Positions 18,136-27,167 of a stretch of 37,546 bases of DNA are shown piece after piece. Position 1 is the first letter of the stretch. Each line of letters opens with the position of its first letter. The stretch is from Bryobacteraceae bacterium. Lineage in GTDB: Bacteria; Acidobacteriota; Terriglobia; Bryobacterales; Bryobacteraceae. The DNA lies in assembly GCA_045807985.1 (NCBI GenBank), contig JBJMGL010000127.1, positions 1 to 37,546 on the forward strand. The letters run 5' to 3'. Position numbers and translations under genes: made by a program. The notes under the pieces were generated by a model, which was given only the letters and a program-made list of their open reading frames with translations, searched no databases and had not been told where the DNA came from.

Positions 18136-18519
18136 ATGGCAAAACAAACCGAAGCGTCTCGGATCACCTATGCGGTTTTCAATGAAAACCGTGGCCGAAA
18201 TATTGCCACCCGTGTATCTGTCGCTGGCACAAGCCAAGCCCGCCGCGAAGGTCTCCTCGGAAAAGAGTTGATCGAGCCGGAATCCGGACTCTGGATCGCC
18301 CCCTGTGAGGCGATCCACACCTTCGGCATGAAGACAGTCATCGACATAATCTTCCTGGACCGCCACGGTCGAGTCAGCAAGCTAGTACACAATCTAAAAC
18401 CGCGCCGCATCGCCATATGCCTGAAAGCCGCCTCCGTGCTGGAACTGGCAAGCGGAAACTTAACGCAGTCTGAAACCCGTGTAGGCGACCAGCTCCAATT
18501 CCACCCCTCAAACGAATAA
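18136..18519 (+). CDS. DUF192 (COG1430) family protein
   Basis: 'ARREGLLG...ESGLWIAPCEAIHTFGMKTVIDIIFLDRHGRV....ASVLELASG' fits the DUF192 pattern. I prefer the ATG at 18136 to the track's TTG at 18130. Confidence 0.7.
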   Translation: MAKQTEASRITYAVFNENRGRNIATRVSVAGTSQARREGLLGKELIEPESGLWIAPCEAIHTFGMKTVIDIIFLDRHGRVSKLVHNLKPRRIAICLKAASVLELASGNLTQSETRVGDQLQFHPSNE

Positions 18520-18523
18520 CCAC

Positions 18524-19048
18524 ATGCCCATACTCCTGAAAGTCATTCTCATCGGCGTTGTCCTCGTGGCAGGCGCTTACGACGCGCGTTACCGGAAAAT
18601 TCCAAACTGGTTGAGCCTAAGCGGACTGATCCTGGGCCTGGGCATCAACACTCTGCTTTCTGGCTGGGGAGGCTTAGGAGCCGCGGCTCTTGGGTTTGGC
18701 TTGGCAATGCTGATCTACACGCCGATCTATCTCGTACGCGGAATGGGCGCGGGTGATGTAAAGCTGATGGCCGCCATCGGTGCAATCGTCGGGCCGCATG
18801 ACTGGCTTGGCATCTTCATCGCCACTGCGCTAGTCGGAGGCGTCGTGTCACTAACGGCAGTTGTCATCAAGAAACGGACCCATCAAACACTCTTGAATCT
18901 GGCTACGATCCTTTCCGAATTGTTGCAATTTCGCCGCCCCGCAAAAACCGATTCCCGGCTGGATGTCAGAAACTCCAACGCTCTGCGCATGCCCCACGCC
19001 CTAAACATCGCTGCCGGTTGCATTGCCTTCTTGTGCCTGAGCCGATAA
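18524..19048 (+). CDS. cpaA: A24-family prepilin peptidase, short CpaA/TadV type
   Basis: 174 aa and polytopic. Two catalytic-Asp contexts: 'AYDARYRKIPNWL' and 'GMGAGDVKLMAAIG'. No methyltransferase domain. Confidence 0.8.
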   Translation: MPILLKVILIGVVLVAGAYDARYRKIPNWLSLSGLILGLGINTLLSGWGGLGAAALGFGLAMLIYTPIYLVRGMGAGDVKLMAAIGAIVGPHDWLGIFIATALVGGVVSLTAVVIKKRTHQTLLNLATILSELLQFRRPAKTDSRLDVRNSNALRMPHALNIAAGCIAFLCLSR

Positions 19049-19124
19049 AAATAATCAGGTCCACCCGTGCCGGACGGCGAACCGGTCTCACCATTCAAAA
19101 TGCTTCGCGTTAATCTGAAACTTG

Positions 19125-19547
19125 ATGGAGCTTCCTACAGCGGCCTCGGATGCTGTACGACAGAAACTGAAAGAAGTACGAGGCATCTTACTCACTCTGC
19201 ATAAAGCGCTGCTTGATTCCGAGCGCACCTCTTACGAGCTGATTCACGGCAACGTCGCTTCGCCAGCAGCATTCCTGCAACTGCTCATCAACGATCCCTG
19301 GTTCGCTTGGCTGCGTCCGGTAACTACCTTGGTCGTGCAAATTGATGAAGCCTTGGCCGCAAAGAATCCGCCCAAAACCGAACGTGACTTCGCACAGCTC
19401 TTGGAAGACACGCGGGCCCTGCTCTCGCCTTCGCGCGAAGCCGATGACTTCTGGAAACGTTACCTGGGAGCCGTGCAGCGTGATCCCGGCGTAGCTCTCT
19501 TACACGAGCAAATGGAAAAGCAGCTAACCTGCCAGAACCGCAAGTGA
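19125..19547 (+). CDS. hypothetical protein (140 aa, helical)
   Basis: Clean ORF. 'LHKALLDSERTSYE...FLQLLINDPWFAWLRP' looks like a conserved uncharacterised family that I cannot name. Confidence 0.6.
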   Translation: MELPTAASDAVRQKLKEVRGILLTLHKALLDSERTSYELIHGNVASPAAFLQLLINDPWFAWLRPVTTLVVQIDEALAAKNPPKTERDFAQLLEDTRALLSPSREADDFWKRYLGAVQRDPGVALLHEQMEKQLTCQNRK

Positions 19548-19587
19548 AGCGATCTGGTTTGGTTCCTTCGCGATTCGATTCCTTCTC

Positions 19588-21156
19588 TCAGTACGCCATT
19601 ACCTTCAAACGCAGCATCGCTCCGGGCGCGGGAAGCCTTACTCCGAAAAACGTCTCATCCCCATTCAGAACCCGCTTGGTCTTCCATTGCCCCTCCACAT
19701 AAGTCCCTTCTTCCGCGCTGAGAAACTGCGCATTGCGTTGCTTGCGCCCGCGTGCTGGCCGGAATTGCACGTGTGCATCCATGCCCATCACGACAAACTC
19801 GTCCGGAGCCAGTTCCGCCACCAAGACGCGGCCGCTGATGGCCGGGGTCTGTGTTCCAAACGTGCCGCCGTACTCTGAGTGCAGCGTCCCGAACTGTACC
19901 AGCACATCAAACTCCGAAGAGTGAATCAGCCGCTCTGTCAAATGCGCTTCTTCTACGGCTGAGTGCAGCTTACCCGTGCCTTGCAACTCAGCGATCAAAG
20001 GAAGCGCCGGTCCGAGCAGCTGACAGTCTTGGGCGAATCCCTTCGCCATATCCTTCACCTGACTGCCCTCGATGGCCATATCGAGTCCGAACGGCGCGTA
20101 TCCGAGGGCGTCGAAATCACCGAACGCGTAAAAGATATTCGACGCAAAGCGAGGGCCACCTGTTTCCGGTACTAGCAGCGGATTGTCACTGCGGCGATAA
20201 CCGGCCAGCACGCGTTGGTAATTGACGTAATCCAACACATAATTGTCTGGCGCAATCACATCCAGCGACGGCGTCATTGCTTTCCAGAGATCCAGCATGT
20301 TCAGTGTCGCTCCGCCGCTCGGGTACGCCTCGCCGGGCCGCATGAAATTCTTCTGCTCTCGTAGCCACACGTTGACATAAGCGGGTAATGCATACTCTTT
20401 TTTTCCGGCCTCGGCCACGGCATTGACGTAACGCGAAACGTAATAAGCCGCAAAGGCTTCATCGGCTTCAGCGCCGAAGACTTGCGTCCAGGTGCCGGGC
20501 TTTTTATGCAGCGCCTCAAGCAGCGGTGAAGGCACCGCTCCGGCAAATTGCCGATTTGCTTCCGTCGAATGATCCCGATCGGCAAACAAAGATCCTGGCT
20601 CATTTTCCACTTGCGCCAGAATTACCGTATGTTGATCGCCGTCCACTTGTTTTAAGTGCTTCATCAATTGCGAGTACGCGCGCTGGTCGGCACTCCGGTT
20701 GGCCTCGCTCAGCGGAGTCAACACACGCACGGGATGCCCGCTGTCATCGATCATGCGGGGAAACCGCTCGGGATTCGTTTTGACCCAAGTCGGCGCGTAA
20801 TCCATCGTGCCGTTCTTCCAGGTTCCAAACCACAGCATCACTAAATGAAAGTGGTGCTCACGCGCCAGTCGAATGATGTTGTCAAAGGTATCGAACCGGA
20901 ACTGCCCTTCCTGGGGCTCCACATCCTCCCAGTAGACCGGAACCTCAATTGTGTTCAGGTGCAGGGCCTCGGCTCCCGGCAGCAGCTTTTCAAGCTCAGA
21001 CGGCCATCCGCTCGAATTATTGACCTGCGCGCCGAGCACAAGGTAGGGCTTGCCTTCCACCAGCAACGAATATTTATTGCCTTTCCGCGCAATCTGGGGA
21101 ATCGGACCCGCCGCCAACCCCTGGACGAGCAGCAAGAAACACAGGAATTTCCTCAT
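19588..21156 (-). CDS. secreted glycoside hydrolase, GH35-like (beta-galactosidase-like with DUF5597-type C-terminus)
   Basis: Signal peptide MRKFLCFLLLVQGLAAG. 'NTIEVPVYWEDVEPQEGQFRF', 'LWFGTWKNG' and 'QVENEPG' (acid/base Glu context) indicate a TIM-barrel clan GH-A. Confidence 0.7.
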   Translation of the reverse strand: MRKFLCFLLLVQGLAAGPIPQIARKGNKYSLLVEGKPYLVLGAQVNNSSGWPSELEKLLPGAEALHLNTIEVPVYWEDVEPQEGQFRFDTFDNIIRLAREHHFHLVMLWFGTWKNGTMDYAPTWVKTNPERFPRMIDDSGHPVRVLTPLSEANRSADQRAYSQLMKHLKQVDGDQHTVILAQVENEPGSLFADRDHSTEANRQFAGAVPSPLLEALHKKPGTWTQVFGAEADEAFAAYYVSRYVNAVAEAGKKEYALPAYVNVWLREQKNFMRPGEAYPSGGATLNMLDLWKAMTPSLDVIAPDNYVLDYVNYQRVLAGYRRSDNPLLVPETGGPRFASNIFYAFGDFDALGYAPFGLDMAIEGSQVKDMAKGFAQDCQLLGPALPLIAELQGTGKLHSAVEEAHLTERLIHSSEFDVLVQFGTLHSEYGGTFGTQTPAISGRVLVAELAPDEFVVMGMDAHVQFRPARGRKQRNAQFLSAEEGTYVEGQWKTKRVLNGDETFFGVRLPAPGAMLRLKVMAY

Positions 21157-21265
21157 GGGTGTCTATTATCTGTCAAGGCAAGGCTAACCAGAGATGCGTC
21201 ATACTACGGAACAAGTCATATTACGAGTCTGACGGCTCAGTTCTGACCCTTTCTATCGTTGTCCC

Positions 21266-22030
21266 ATGCTCAACTTCCTGGAAAGCAGTCTGATTGTTAT
21301 AGGCAGCATCACGCTAGCGCTCCTTCTGCTCTGGCAACTGCGCCGGGTTTGGCCGCCTCAAGACCGTAAAGTGCATAATGATCTGATCGGCTGGCAAATT
21401 GGGTTTCTCGGCACCACTTACGCCGTGATCATCGCATTCATGCTCTCGGGTGTTTGGAACGATTATCAGTCTGCCGAAGAGAACGCCGAAGTGGAAGCGA
21501 ATTCCCTTATCAACCTGTATCGAATGGCTGATGGAATACCTGCCGCTCCCTGTGCCCAACTCAAGTCGCTGACTCGCCATTACGCGGATTTGATGATTGC
21601 TGACGAATGGCCTGCCATGGGAAGCGGAGTGCTGAATGATCATGCCGCGCGCTTGCTCCAAAGCATGTGGAAAATAGCAACCCAGGCACAACCGCAAACA
21701 CCGGGCGAGACAGCCATTCTAAGCCGCGTCATTACGGAGTTGTCCAATTTGGCCGAACATTGCCGTGTCCGCCAATACCAAAGCCGTTCCCAGTTGCCTG
21801 GCCTTTTCTGGCTGGTTCTGATCGTCGGCGGTGTCGTTACAGTGGCCTACACCTGCCTCTTGGGAGTGGAAAGCCGCCGCATGCACATCATCCAGGTGGG
21901 GACAACCGCTTTGATGGTCTCGCTTATACTTGTAACCATTGCCGATATCGATCAGCCCTTTCGTGGCGCTATACGCGTGTCTCCGGACTCTTTCCAGGGT
22001 GCCCTAAAGCTTTTCGATACCCAGCCATAA
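21266..22030 (+). CDS. DUF4239-like membrane protein
   Basis: N-terminal TM, then 'HNDLIGWQIGFLGTTYAVIIAFMLSGVWNDYQSAEENAEVEANSLINLYRMADGIP', and two C-terminal TM helices. The family name is from memory and unverified. Confidence 0.65.
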   Translation: MLNFLESSLIVIGSITLALLLLWQLRRVWPPQDRKVHNDLIGWQIGFLGTTYAVIIAFMLSGVWNDYQSAEENAEVEANSLINLYRMADGIPAAPCAQLKSLTRHYADLMIADEWPAMGSGVLNDHAARLLQSMWKIATQAQPQTPGETAILSRVITELSNLAEHCRVRQYQSRSQLPGLFWLVLIVGGVVTVAYTCLLGVESRRMHIIQVGTTALMVSLILVTIADIDQPFRGAIRVSPDSFQGALKLFDTQP

Positions 22031-22068
22031 ACGCAGCTTTGCTAACTCCATTCGTAGATAGGAAAAAT

Positions 22069-23238
22069 TCACCGATACGCCGCCACACCCGTCACTTTTT
22101 CCCCAATCACCAGCGCATGAATATGGTCCGTACCCTCATACGTTTTCACCGTTTCCAGGTTGCACATGTGCCGCATAATCGGGTATTCATCCATAATTCC
22201 GTTCGCCCCCAGCAAGTCCCGGCTCAAGCGCGCGCACTCCAGTGCCATCGCGACATTGTTGCGCTTCAGCATCGAAATATGAGCGGCTTCCACCTTGCCC
22301 GCATCTTTCAGCTTTGCCACATGATAAGCCAGCAATTGGCCCTTGGTGATCTCCGTAATCATCCAAGCCAGCTTCTCCTGAACTAACTGATGCCCGGCCA
22401 ATGGCTTGTCATCAAACTGTTTACGGGCAAGCGAATAAGAACGGGCTGTTTCAAAACAATCCATCGCCGCGCCCAGCACGCCCCAGCCGATCCCAAATCT
22501 CGCTTGCGACAAACACCCAAGAGCCGCTTTTAATCCCTTGCCGCAAGGCAGTTGATTTTCCTCGGGAATCTCACAATCAGCCAGGTGCAAGCTGGACGTT
22601 ACTGACGCGCGCATCGATAGCTTGCCATGAATATCACCGGTCGAATAACCGAGAGTTCCCGCTTCCACCAGAAACCCGCGAATACCGTCGGGCGTGCGCG
22701 CCCACACAACCGCCACGTCGGCAACAGACCCGTTCGTAATCCAGGTTTTCTCGCCATTCAATACCCATTTATTCCCACGCTTTTCCGCCGTTGTTCGCAT
22801 GCCGGAAGGATTAGAGCCGAACCCCGGCTCCGTTAAGCCAAAACAGCCGATTGCTTGGCCAGCTTGCAATTTAGGAAGCCAGCGTTCTTTCTGTTCTTCC
22901 GAGCCGTAAGTGTAGATGGGGTACATCACCAGGGCACCCTGCACACTGACAAAACTGCGCACGCCCGAGTCACCGCGCTCCAATTCCTGCATCATCAGGC
23001 CGTACTCGATATTGTTCATGCCTGCGCAGCCGTAACCCTCCAGGTTCGCGCCGAAAAAACCGAGTTCGCCCATTTCAGGAATAAGCTGTTTAGGAAAAAT
23101 GGCGCTGTTATATGCATCGCGCATAAGCGGAATCACGCGATCATCCACAAATTGCCGTGCTGTTTGGCGCACCAGGAGTTCCTGCTCGCTCAGCAGCGAA
23201 TCAAACTCAAGATAATCGACACCAGGGAAGCGAGCCAT
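22069..23238 (-). CDS. gcdH: glutaryl-CoA dehydrogenase (acyl-CoA dehydrogenase family)
   Basis: 'GCFGLTEPGFGSNPSGMRTTAEK', 'LNGEKTWITNG', C-terminal 'YEGTDHIHALVIG'. The overall pattern matches GCDH rather than generic ACADs. Confidence 0.85.
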   Translation of the reverse strand: MARFPGVDYLEFDSLLSEQELLVRQTARQFVDDRVIPLMRDAYNSAIFPKQLIPEMGELGFFGANLEGYGCAGMNNIEYGLMMQELERGDSGVRSFVSVQGALVMYPIYTYGSEEQKERWLPKLQAGQAIGCFGLTEPGFGSNPSGMRTTAEKRGNKWVLNGEKTWITNGSVADVAVVWARTPDGIRGFLVEAGTLGYSTGDIHGKLSMRASVTSSLHLADCEIPEENQLPCGKGLKAALGCLSQARFGIGWGVLGAAMDCFETARSYSLARKQFDDKPLAGHQLVQEKLAWMITEITKGQLLAYHVAKLKDAGKVEAAHISMLKRNNVAMALECARLSRDLLGANGIMDEYPIMRHMCNLETVKTYEGTDHIHALVIGEKVTGVAAYR

Positions 23239-23439
23239 TACGGCTTTATTGTAACGGGAGCTGAGGCTTCTATCACGAGACAGTGTCAGGTAAGGTATTC
23301 AAGAAAGTTCCGCAGTACTCTATGTGAATTTGCCCATGCATTTGCCGTTTGGCAGGCAAATGGATCATTTGATTTTGTCAACTTGGCCTGGGCTTATCCT
23401 CCGCGCTTGTCGAGATTTTCAGATTAAGATGAGAGCTTT

Positions 23440-23682
23440 TTAGGAAATTGGAGCGCCGGGCGGTCCAATGTCTACCGGATGATCCGCAGACACCTCGGCA
23501 ACGCCCGGAACGCCTCGTAATTTATTAACAGTCTGGGGTTGGGCGGAACCGGTCACGGTGCCTGTAAACTCAAGGACTTGATCCACGTCGAGGCCAGCCG
23601 CCCTGAGATCTTTAGCTACGTCGTGAATGGGCCGATTACCGGACACTGTGACTATCAAGGCTTGTTTCGCTTCGTCAGCCAT
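23440..23682 (-). CDS. 80-aa stand-alone subtilase-propeptide (I9 inhibitor)-like protein
   Basis: AAGGAG lies 5 nt upstream of the ATG. 'ALIVTVSGNRPIHDVAKDLRAAGLDVDQVLEFTGTVTGSAQPQTVNKLRGVPGVAEVSADHPV' follows the I9 propeptide pattern (..IV......v...l...G..v...f..i.g......v..L...PgV..V..D..v). Confidence 0.6.
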   Translation of the reverse strand: MADEAKQALIVTVSGNRPIHDVAKDLRAAGLDVDQVLEFTGTVTGSAQPQTVNKLRGVPGVAEVSADHPVDIGPPGAPIS

Positions 23683-23715
23683 TGTTTCTCCTTAGGAATT
23701 ACAGCTTCACTCGCA

Positions 23716-23757
23716 ACAATTGCCGCGCCGGAAATTGAGCACCGGCGCGGCAATTGT
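23716..23757 (-). promoter_or_regulatory. perfect 16-bp GC-rich stem-loop between the S8 peptidase and the small ORF
   Basis: ACAATTGCCGCGCCGG (23716-31) is the exact reverse complement of CCGGCGCGGCAATTGT (23742-57). The loop is 10 nt, and there is no U-tract on either strand. Confidence 0.5.
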
Positions 23758-23770
23758 TTGACGAGGATGA

Positions 23771-25063
23771 CTATGGGGCTTGCACAAGACCAGCGCCTAC
23801 GTCGCTGGCGGGGAATGGCAGATGCTTTGCCGTAGCAATCAGCTTTGCCCGCAGGGCTGCTCCTCGGAGAGACGCGCTGCTCTGGGCCCACAGCGCGGCG
23901 CATCCGGCAACGTGCGGGGTTGCCATGCTGGTGCCGCTGAGCGTATTGTGCAAAGTTGGCCTCTTGAACGATGAAAAGACATTCACACCGGGTCCGGCAA
24001 TGTCTATTTTTCCGCCACAGGAGAACACGGCTACTTTCAGTGCGCTGTCGAGTGCGGCAACCGACATAATAGTCGGTGAATTCGCGGGCGCACCTGCGGG
24101 AACAATAGAGCCGGGACGGTTGCTGGCGTTTCCCGCAGCTGCAATAATCAGACAGCCATGAGCCAAAGCAGCTGCTCCAGCAGCGGTGTAAGAAGGTTGC
24201 ACCGGGATTTGAGCGCCAAGCGACATAGAAATGACGGGGCACTTATTAGCAATGGCCCAGTTCATACCGGCTAGAACCTGCGCTTGTGTTCCCGACCCTG
24301 AATTGGTCAGCACCTTGCCAGTGAAGATAGTTGTCTTAAATCCGATTCCGTAGCGCTGGATCAGACCGGCCGGAGCCTTGGGTCCGCAAGCCGTGCCAGT
24401 CGTATGGGTTCCATGCCCGTGGAGATCTGCCACCGGTTGCCCAACAAAAGTTTGGGCCACAAAGGACCGGCCCACGAAATCAGGGTGTCCAATATCGAAG
24501 CCAGTATCGAGTACCGCCACTTTGATTCCGGTACCGTCGAAGTGACTGGGAGGCACTTTGCACGCGGTGAGACCCCAGGTTACGCCCGATACTTCTGGTG
24601 AAACTCCGTTGGCCACTGCTGTTTCTTCTTCTCCGCCGAGATCCGCGTAGATCGTCTGAGCCGCGCGCACGACACCTTTCAAGTAGTCGGCGGCATGGAT
24701 TTGCGTCGCAAACATGAAGTATTCCGGATCAATGGACTGCACGGGACTATCTTGAGCAATGGAGGTTTCAGCAGTCATGCTGCGCGCGGAAGCTGCTTCG
24801 CCGCTCACCAGAGCCACGCCGATTTCGGGGAACACGAGCGATTCCGCATCTCCGGCCTGCTCAAAGCTCACGGCCTGATCAGTGAAGTCGCGCGCATTTG
24901 CCACTTTGAAGCCGTGCTCCGACTGGAGGGACTGCATGCCCGCCTCGGTAGCGCCTTCCTTGAAGGTCATTAAATAACGTCCGGTTTTCGCGGGGTCGCC
25001 TCCCTGTTCGAGAGCCGCGAGTAAAAGATCATCAACGCTTGTCGATATTCGTAGATCAGCCAT
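23771..25063 (-). CDS. S8 subtilisin-family serine peptidase with N-terminal I9-like propeptide and no signal peptide
   Basis: Catalytic triad contexts 'VAVLDTGFD', 'HGHGTHTTGTA' and 'SGTSMATPHVAG', with oxyanion 'AAAGNAS'. The N-terminus MADLRISTSVDDLLLAALEQGGD has no hydrophobic core. GGAG lies 6 nt upstream of the ATG. Confidence 0.9.
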   Translation of the reverse strand: MADLRISTSVDDLLLAALEQGGDPAKTGRYLMTFKEGATEAGMQSLQSEHGFKVANARDFTDQAVSFEQAGDAESLVFPEIGVALVSGEAASARSMTAETSIAQDSPVQSIDPEYFMFATQIHAADYLKGVVRAAQTIYADLGGEEETAVANGVSPEVSGVTWGLTACKVPPSHFDGTGIKVAVLDTGFDIGHPDFVGRSFVAQTFVGQPVADLHGHGTHTTGTACGPKAPAGLIQRYGIGFKTTIFTGKVLTNSGSGTQAQVLAGMNWAIANKCPVISMSLGAQIPVQPSYTAAGAAALAHGCLIIAAAGNASNRPGSIVPAGAPANSPTIMSVAALDSALKVAVFSCGGKIDIAGPGVNVFSSFKRPTLHNTLSGTSMATPHVAGCAALWAQSSASLRGAALRAKLIATAKHLPFPASDVGAGLVQAP

Positions 25064-25114
25064 TTTTATCTCCGTTGAGGTGACACCGCTAGCTGCGCGA
25101 CCGATTAGGTTTCA

Positions 25115-25139
25115 GAGTTAACACTGATCGCGAGTTAAC
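25115..25139. promoter_or_regulatory. direct repeat GAGTTAAC x2 (17-bp register), each containing the GTTAAC palindrome; candidate operator
   Basis: Copies at 25115-25122 and 25132-25139, in the 147-180 bp divergent region between the S8 peptidase and the 25211/25244 ORF. Confidence 0.3.
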
Positions 25140-25243
25140 GATGCATGATAGTGTCGTGAAGTCATTTACCGTTTCCACGAAAGCAGAGTTCTTCCGGATT
25201 TAACGAAAATTTGAGCGGTGTATTGAATTTAATTTGTAAGACT

Positions 25244-26041
25244 ATGACTATCCTAAATGCCACGGTGACGATTGTGCCTCTGGTGCCCAACGCGGTGCTG
25301 CCGCATCCAGCTTCCGCACGGACCCGTGCTATGATTCCTTCTGGCTATGGTGTTCAGGAGCAGTGTTTGCCATTTACCGCGGCTAGCGCCTTGGGCTTCG
25401 TGATACCGTCTCCCATTCGTTGGGGTTTGTGCGTTCCTGAAGAAGCGCCGGAAGGATGCCGCACCTTCCGGTCACCGTTGGATAGCCCGGCTGCCAATGG
25501 GCAGTTTGCGGACGCACGCATCTTCTACGTGATTGATCATCCGGACTGCCGTTTTCATGGCAACGCCTATGCGTTTGAGGGAATTCCGGTCGTTGGCTCT
25601 CGTACATCCACAGTTCAGGAGCCGGGAATCAGTTTTTTCGACCGCCAAGATCAGGGTGATCTGTTTAAGCTGCACCTTCCTTATATCTGGCGAACGCCGG
25701 ACTCGGTGGACACGCTGTTTCTGCCGCTTTTGAACCGCTCGGCTCAGGGGCTGAGTGTCCAAAGCGGTTTAGTGGAAACTGACTGGTACACCAGCCCTGT
25801 TAACCTCATTCTCGGCAAGCCGCCAGGATCGGTCCACGTCCGCCCGGGAGATCCGGTAGCACACGCCATCCTGATTCCGCGCCACTTCCGGCGGCCCACG
25901 CTGGAAGCCGCTCCGGGGCATGCCCGGCTGAGCCGTGATGCTCGCAAGGGTTTGGCTGATTGGGATAAACAGCACGCCGAAGATCGTAGCGCTTATAAGG
26001 TATTAGCGCGCAGTCGACACGGCCGCGTTGAATCGGAATAA
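25244..26041 (+). CDS. uncharacterised protein (possibly DUF6065-like)
   Basis: Long clean ORF. 'EQCLPFTAASALGFVIPSPIRW' resembles the conserved C-x-P-F..A...G motif of a family I recall as DUF6065 (unverified). The start is ambiguous (TTG at 25211 or ATG at 25244). Confidence 0.6.
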   Translation: MTILNATVTIVPLVPNAVLPHPASARTRAMIPSGYGVQEQCLPFTAASALGFVIPSPIRWGLCVPEEAPEGCRTFRSPLDSPAANGQFADARIFYVIDHPDCRFHGNAYAFEGIPVVGSRTSTVQEPGISFFDRQDQGDLFKLHLPYIWRTPDSVDTLFLPLLNRSAQGLSVQSGLVETDWYTSPVNLILGKPPGSVHVRPGDPVAHAILIPRHFRRPTLEAAPGHARLSRDARKGLADWDKQHAEDRSAYKVLARSRHGRVESE

Positions 26042-26048
26042 TCGAAAG

Positions 26049-26492
26049 CTACCAGCCTACTTTCTGTCCGTTCAGCATAATCGTAAACTCCTCATTCTTC
26101 GCTGGAAGTTCGATTTGCGCGGAGAATGGCTGTAACATTTGAGCGCACATTTGGGCCGGATCGGAGACGGACCAAGCTTCAATCCGTAGAACTCTCCGCG
26201 CATCCGGGCTATCGGGAATTTGCAGCCGCAGTTCGTGGCAGGGCGTCGGCAGGTTGCCCTTAATGGCTAATGTCGAGGCAGCCTTCGCAGCAATCCCAAT
26301 AATAGCCGCATGCTGAATTTCGACACTGCCGCGAGTTAGTTTCGAGTCGGCAGGTTTAGGGGAGTACGGATTCAATACCACAGTTTTTACTCTCGGCTGA
26401 GTGTTGCTGCTCGGGGCTGATTTCGGGCTTTGGCACGCTGACAAAAGGGCGCAGGCCAGCGTGATAGCCCTACTTTTCCGGGCGTGTCGCAT
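26049..26492 (-). CDS. lipoprotein, last gene of the PspA/flotillin operon
   Basis: The signal peptide plus lipobox is MRHARKSRAITLACALLSAC. The start overlaps the PspA stop (TAATG). Confidence 0.7.
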   Translation of the reverse strand: MRHARKSRAITLACALLSACQSPKSAPSSNTQPRVKTVVLNPYSPKPADSKLTRGSVEIQHAAIIGIAAKAASTLAIKGNLPTPCHELRLQIPDSPDARRVLRIEAWSVSDPAQMCAQMLQPFSAQIELPAKNEEFTIMLNGQKVGW

Positions 26493-27154
26493 TAATGCTG
26501 CTCTTCGGCTTTTCGAGCTTTTAGTTCGGCTAATAACTGTTCGACCCGGTCTGATTTTTCGAGCGCGGCCAGGCGCTGCTCGGCTCCCGGCTCGGCAGCA
26601 AGGAGGTAACCGCGGCCGAGCGCGTCGGCTTCCGATACCTTTGATTGAGCGCGTTGTAGCAGTGCTTCGCCTTCGAATTCCTTAAGCTGTGCCGTTCCGG
26701 CGCGGGCTGCCAGGCGGGCTCTGCGGTGTTGCGCAATCAGGAGTTCAGTCTTGGTTTTCGTTTCGGTCATTTTCTGCTCCAGCCGGTGCAAGGCGTCGCG
26801 CAGAATGTTTACCTGGTGAGATTGATCTTCAATCTGTTGCGCAAAGTTTTTGGCGGCGTTTTCGTAGGTCAAAGAACGTTCCAATGCGATGCGCGCCAGA
26901 TCTTCTTCATTTTTAGTAATGGCTAGCTCGGCCTTACGCACCCAGTCGCGTTGCGCTTCCAGATTTTCCGTCTGTTTTTTTTCAAGTAGGTGCTGATCCG
27001 CAATGGCAATGGCAACCTGTGTCTTGACTTGCATGAACTGGTTTTGCATGTCGAGGAGAAGCTGCTTGAGCAGCTTCTCCGGATCTTCGGCCTTATCCAC
27101 TAAGTCGTTCAGGTTTGCCCTGATGAGCGTTGTCACTCGATCCAGTAATGGCAT
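26492..27154 (-). CDS. pspA: PspA/IM30/Vipp1-family protein
   Basis: 'MPLLDRVTTLIRANLNDLVDKAEDPEKLLKQLLLDMQ' is the canonical family N-terminus, followed by coiled coil throughout. I prefer the ATG at 27154 (GGGGG/AAGG upstream, 13 nt after the flotillin stop) to the track start at 27220. Confidence 0.9.
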   Translation of the reverse strand: MPLLDRVTTLIRANLNDLVDKAEDPEKLLKQLLLDMQNQFMQVKTQVAIAIADQHLLEKKQTENLEAQRDWVRKAELAITKNEEDLARIALERSLTYENAAKNFAQQIEDQSHQVNILRDALHRLEQKMTETKTKTELLIAQHRRARLAARAGTAQLKEFEGEALLQRAQSKVSEADALGRGYLLAAEPGAEQRLAALEKSDRVEQLLAELKARKAEEQH

Positions 27155-27167
27155 CCTTTTCCCCCCA

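Noticed and set aside
23300-23340. Hairpin CATTTGCC-n8-GGCAAATG downstream of the 80-aa ORF as an intrinsic terminator
   Set aside because: It has only an 8-bp AT-rich stem and no U-tract on the relevant (minus) strand, so it cannot be distinguished from chance or an operator.
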